A program made the position numbers and the translations under genes. 64,000 bases of DNA from NCBI RefSeq assembly GCF_018977255.1, contig NW_024704743.1:93436001-93500000 (forward strand), given 5' to 3'. Under the pieces are notes generated by a model, which was given only the letters and a program-made list of their open reading frames with translations, did no database searches and was not told the DNA's origin. Shown here one piece after another: positions 61,760 through 64,000 of the stretch. The DNA is from Callorhinchus milii. Taxonomy: Eukaryota. Numbering within the stretch: position 1 is the first letter of the stretch; every line of letters begins with the position of its first letter.

Positions 61760-62178
61760 GTCTTAACCCTCTCTCAAGCCTTTCGCATCCCACTCCTCGC
61801 ATCCCAGCTGGAAAGGATCCTCATACCTTCTTCACAGATCTTATGTTCCCGGTCAAGAGGTTCATGCCCTGGCACCTCCCTACTTCTTCGACCTGCTTAT
61901 ACCCCACTCCACGACCCACCGCTTGTGCTCAGCTGGCTGCAGCTTCCTGCATATCTTTCATCACCTACGATCTACTATCGGCAGCCTCTGCACTATGGAA
62001 CTACGGAGCTCTCTGCCTCAATCCCTCTGCCTGGCCTCCTTGCTCTTCACCCTTCCCGCACCCCCTCCACCTTCCCCAATCCTGACTCCCAGCTCGGGTC
62101 TAATACACTGACTGTCCAAAGCCTTGGGATATTCTCCCCATGTGAAAGTCGCTATACAAATGTAATGTTGTTGTTGTC
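61760..62178 (+). mobile_element. L2 3' fragment, followed by a second tail to about 62335
   Basis: C-rich UTR and tail 'tgtgaaagtcgctatacaaatgtaatgttgttgttg'. Confidence 0.85.
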
Positions 62179-63634
62179 TTCAGATCACACCTGAAGACCT
62201 TCTTCTTTGACCGCACTTACTTTCATCTCCCCCTTTCGCCGGCTCGGCATCAATCTCTGGCTCTGTTAAGTGCTCCAAGATGCTACACCGCATGAAGGGG
62301 CGCTATATAACAATAACAAGTTATTGTTATTGTTATGAATTGTATAAACAAAACCAGGAGGCTGCTGTTGATCACCTTCTGTCACCTGTGTACACATTGT
62401 TAAATAGCATTCAGTAATAAATGGTAAAAATGTACAGGTGTGGAAAAAGAATAATTCATACAGCTTATGGCATCTCTAGCACTAAATTTTGAAATGCTGG
62501 TTAAGGGTGCTGCACAACTGAGCCTGATCTTCTGACATAGGTATGCACACTCCTTCCCTTAGTGGTCACTCAATTGTCGCAGAAGTACAAACCCTAAATG
62601 ATATTTCCTCTCTATTTGAACCAATTTGAATAACTATTGCAGCTTTAGTTGTGATGATCAGGGAGTTCAGCATAGACAGATCAAACCTGGGATCTTTATG
62701 CAGTGTTTTGAGTCCATAAAATTAGATCCCATGTTAAAAATATATGTGTGCAAAACAATGACACTGGTCCCACTTCCAATCATCAAGTCACTGCTGATGA
62801 CATTTCCAGGTTTTGTTGCAGACTGTCCAGCTTCTTGTGCAGAGATATACAGTGCCGGAAACCAGCCATGACTGCTCTAGTGTGAACATTTCTTGCGCAA
62901 GAAATATTTGTGAGACTAGTCACAGCTGACTGGTACAGCATGGTAATCACAGGTCCATATTCTCGTAATCGAGCGAGGTGCCTAAGAACAGGGTGGCCCT
63001 GTATAACACTTACTCTAAATATTTATCCAGAGTGATTTGTGTAAACCAGAGATGCCTGAGTACAGAAGAACATTTATGTATTTCTAGTGTCTGATGAAAT
63101 TAATGGTTCAGGTGAACCTTTGTCAGGGCCTTTATCAAGAAGTCAGTGCAGTACTTTGAGAACAGATTTGTGTGCTCAGCAAGGCTGAACCAATCCACCT
63201 GAGGGTCCTTCACTAATAAGAGACATTGAAGCCTCAGAGATAACAGAGGCACTTTGTTCTCAAGAGCTTATAGTGCACAGCAAAATATCGTGTTACCAGC
63301 TGAATGTTTTTCACACACTGATTGTAAAATTTGTTTTTGTAGGCCAGAGGTCTCCAATCAATTGATCTCTGCTTGGTAGCGCTCTCGCGCATGGTCAAAA
63401 AGACAAGAGGAAGGTTATTTTGTCCAGTTGAAAATGAAACCAGATGCATGAAATACTTCACACATCTCGAATTGAAAATATCCTTCCTTTTGTTTTGTTG
63501 AATAAAAATACAGCGGTGACCCCGGTTGTAGGTAACACACTGTCAACTAATCAGTCAACATGCAGCTGTGTGAAGTCCAGTTTGGAACTGCATTTAAGAA
63601 CAATACTGACAATCCAAAGGAGACACAATACAAT

Positions 63635-64000
63635 GCAATACAAAATTACATTTATATAGCGCCTTTCACGTCGAGAAGACATGCCAAGTCCCAATATTAC
63701 AGGTAGAGCCAGCCACCTCCTCATAGAGCCCTAGCAGCACATTTATCATACTTTCTGTTGACTGCTGATGAGACTTGAAAGGTGGCCAAAAGCATGGTCA
63801 AAGAAATTAGTTTTAAGATGTTTTAAAAGCAGAGAGGGGCAAGGCGGAGTGACTATAAGAAGTCTTCCAGAGAGTGGGGCAAATGGCTGAAGGCTTGCCC
63901 ACTAATGGTGGGACGTCCTCCCGATGTGAAAGGTGCTATCTAAATGCAATTTGTTGTTGTTTGTTGTTGGTGGGACACATTGTGCAGGGGACATGAAGCA
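63635..64000 (-). mobile_element. L2 3' fragment(s) with a nested tail-only insertion
   Basis: Reverse tail at 63640-63685, UTR remnants, plus-strand tail at 63915-63967. Confidence 0.8.

Overview
Eukaryotic, repeat-dense vertebrate DNA. The repeat families (tRNA-Ala-headed SINE with a Deu-like core and L2 tail, C-rich L2 LINEs, CR1 with an esterase ORF1, DeuSINEs) point to a cartilaginous fish, probably a holocephalan like Callorhinchus; this is inference from recalled consensus sequences, not a search. A large part of the window is retroelement: more than 20 L2 fragments, about 15 young SINE copies in two tail subfamilies, several CR1 and DeuSINE fossils, an L1-type RT fossil and a Gypsy pol fossil. 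There are also at least six pieces of an old APE-RT-CCHC non-LTR family that is neither L2 nor CR1. I recognise no host protein-coding gene, and the long ORFs in the track are LINE remnants or low-complexity artefacts. Non-TE signals are a compact CRE/ETS/RFX-like promoter at about 61.3-61.4 kb next to a TG-rich minisatellite, a duplicated 95-bp cassette with splice signals, an exon-like block at 54.5 kb, a possible recursive splice site and several weak candidate exons. No novel biological system is established. The best leads concern retroelement biology and a possible fast-evolving or decayed gene. Element boundaries were read by eye and are approximate.
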